64,000 nucleotides of DNA from Octopus sinensis. Its lineage: Eukaryota. The translations under genes and the position numbers were made by a program. This document shows, piece after piece, positions 62,001-64,000 of the stretch. Positions within the stretch are counted from its first letter, which is position 1. Each line of letters begins with the position of its first letter. A model generated the notes under the pieces. That model made no database searches. It was not told the DNA's origin and saw only the letters and a list, made by a program, of their open reading frames with translations. The stretch is from contig NC_043002.1 in assembly GCF_006345805.1 (NCBI RefSeq), forward strand, positions 109,926,001-109,990,000. Direction: 5' to 3'.

Positions 62001-64000
62001 GAAAGGTAAAGGAATAGAGGCGAATATGTGGGAGGAGAAAGGTAAAGGTATAGAGGCGAATATGTGGGAGGAGAAAGGTAAAGGTATAGAGGCGAATATG
62101 TGGGAGGAGAAAGGTAAAGGTATAGAAGCGAATATGTGGGAGGAGAAAGGTAAAGGTATAGAGGCGAATATGTGGGAAAAGAAAGGTAAAGGTATAGAGG
62201 CGAATATGTGGGAGGAGAAAGGTAAAGGTATAGAGGCGAATATGTGGGAGGAGAAAGGTAAAGGTATAGAGGCGAATATGTGGGAGGAGAAAAGTAAAGG
62301 TATAGAGGCGAATATGTGGGAGGAGAAAGGTAAAGGTATAGAGGCGAAAATGTGGGAGGAGAAAGTAAAGGTATAGAGGCGAATATGTGGGAGGAGAAAA
62401 GTAAAAGTATAGAGGCGAATATGTGGGAGGAGAAAGGTAAAGGTATAGAGGCGAATATGTGGGAGGAGAAAGGTAAAGCCATAGAGGCGAATATGTGGGA
62501 GGAGAAAGGTAAAGGTATAGAGGCGAATATGTGGGAGGAGAAAGGTAAAGGTATAGAGGCGAATATGTGGGAGGAGAAAGGTAAAGGTATAGAGGCGAAT
62601 ATGTGGGAGGAGAAAGGTAAAGGTATAGAAGCGAATATGTGGGAGGAGAAAGGTAAAGGTATAGAGGCGAATATGTGGGAAAAGAAAGGTAAAGGTATAG
62701 AGGCGAATATGTGGGAGGAGAAAGGTAAGGTATAGAGGCGAATATGTGGGAGGAGAAAGGTAAAGGTATAGAGGCGAATATGTGGGAGGAGAAAGTAAAG
62801 GTATAGAGGCGAATATGTGGGAGGAGAAAGGTAAAGGTATAGAGGCGAAATGTGGGAGGAGAAAGGTAAAGGTATAGAGGCGAAAATGTGGGAGGAGAAA
62901 AGTAAAAGTATAGAGGCGAATATGTGGGAGGAGAAAAGTAAAAGTATAGAGGCGAATATGTGGGAGGAGAAAGGTAAAGGTATAGAGGCGAATATGTGGG
63001 AGGAGAAAGGTAAAGGCATAGAGGCGAATATGTGGGATGAGAAAGGTAAAGGTATAGAGGCGAATATGTGGGAGGAGAAAGGTAAAGGTATAGAGGCGAA
63101 TATGTGGGAGGAGAAAGGTAAAGGTATAGAGGCGAATATGTGGGAGGAGAAAGGTAAAGGTATAGAGGCGAATATGTGGGAAGAGAAAGGTAAAGGTATA
63201 GAGGCGAATATGTGGGAGGAGAAAGGTAAAAGTATAGAGGCGAATATGTGGGAGGAGAAAGGTAAAGGCATAGAGGCGAATATGTGGGAGGAGAAAGGTA
63301 AAGGCATAGAGGCGAATATGTGGGAGGAGAAAGGTAAAGCATAGAGGCGAATATGTGGGAGGAGAAAGGTAAAGGCATAGAGGCGAATATGTGGGAGGAG
63401 AAAGGTAAAGGCATAGAGGCGAATATGTGGGAGGAGAAAGGTAAAGGCATAGAGGCGAAAATGTGGGAGGAGAAAGTTAAAGGTATAGAGGCGAATATGT
63501 GGGAGGAGAAAGGTAAAGGTATAGAGGCGAATATGTGGGAGGAGAAAGGTAAAGGTATAGAGGCGAATATGTGGGAGGAGAAAGGTAAAGGTATAGAGGC
63601 GAATATGTGGGAGGAGAAAGGTAAAGGTATAGAGGCGAATATGTGGGAGGAGAAAGGTAAAGGTATAAAGGCGAATATGTGGGAGGAGAAAGGTAAAGGT
63701 ATAGAGGCGAATATGTGGGAAGAGAAAGGTAAAGGTATAGAGGCGAATATGTGGGAGGAGAAAGGTAAAAGTTTAGAGGCGAATATGTGGGAGGAGAAAG
63801 GTAAATGTATAGAGGCGAATATGTGGGAGGAGAAAGGTAAAGGTATAGAGGCGAATATGTGGGAGGAGAAAGGTAAAGGTATAGAGGCGAATATGTGGGA
63901 GGAGAAAGGTAAAGGTATAGAGGCGAATATGTGGGAGGAGAAAGGTAAAGGTATAAAGGCGAATATGTGGGAGGAGAAAGGTAAAGGTATAGAGGCGAAT
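47855..64000. repeat. 36-bp tandem satellite, roughly 450 copies, continues past the window end
   Basis: Consensus GGTATAGAGGCGAATATGTGGGAGGAGAAAGGTAAA; strongly purine-biased plus strand. Confidence 0.99.

Noticed and set aside
47851-63450. Giant minus-strand ORFs (up to 3340 aa)
   Set aside because: The pyrimidine-rich strand has no stop in any frame, so the ORFs pass through frameshifts; this is a compositional artefact.
47855-64000. 36-bp repeat as a CRISPR array
   Set aside because: Units are directly adjacent with no unique spacers, there are no cas genes and the context is eukaryotic.

Overview
Eukaryotic, repeat-dominated genomic DNA. The very long (TA)n/(ATGT)n/(GT)n tracts and the SINE families suggest an Octopus (cephalopod) assembly; this is an inference from repeat content. 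Bases 1-47.8 kb are a mosaic of tRNA-head SINEs, non-autonomous Helitrons, a Tc1/mariner deletion derivative, Merlin and Chapaev-like transposase relics, CR1, RTE and HERO LINE remnants, a Gypsy LTR element lacking RT/RNase H, and foldback/MITE elements. One spliced but disrupted host gene (ankyrin repeats plus a death-domain-like exon) lies at about 38.4-43.4 kb. Bases 47.85-64 kb are a 36-bp tandem array with higher-order duplications, entered in frame by a unique ATG leader. The ORF track does not show the most notable signal: five minimal type I hammerhead-ribozyme motifs with palindromic helix III, of the kind carried by Penelope-like elements. Two of them sit in the arms of a spacer-less 1.34-kb palindrome. 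Most listed ORFs are microsatellite or satellite artefacts.
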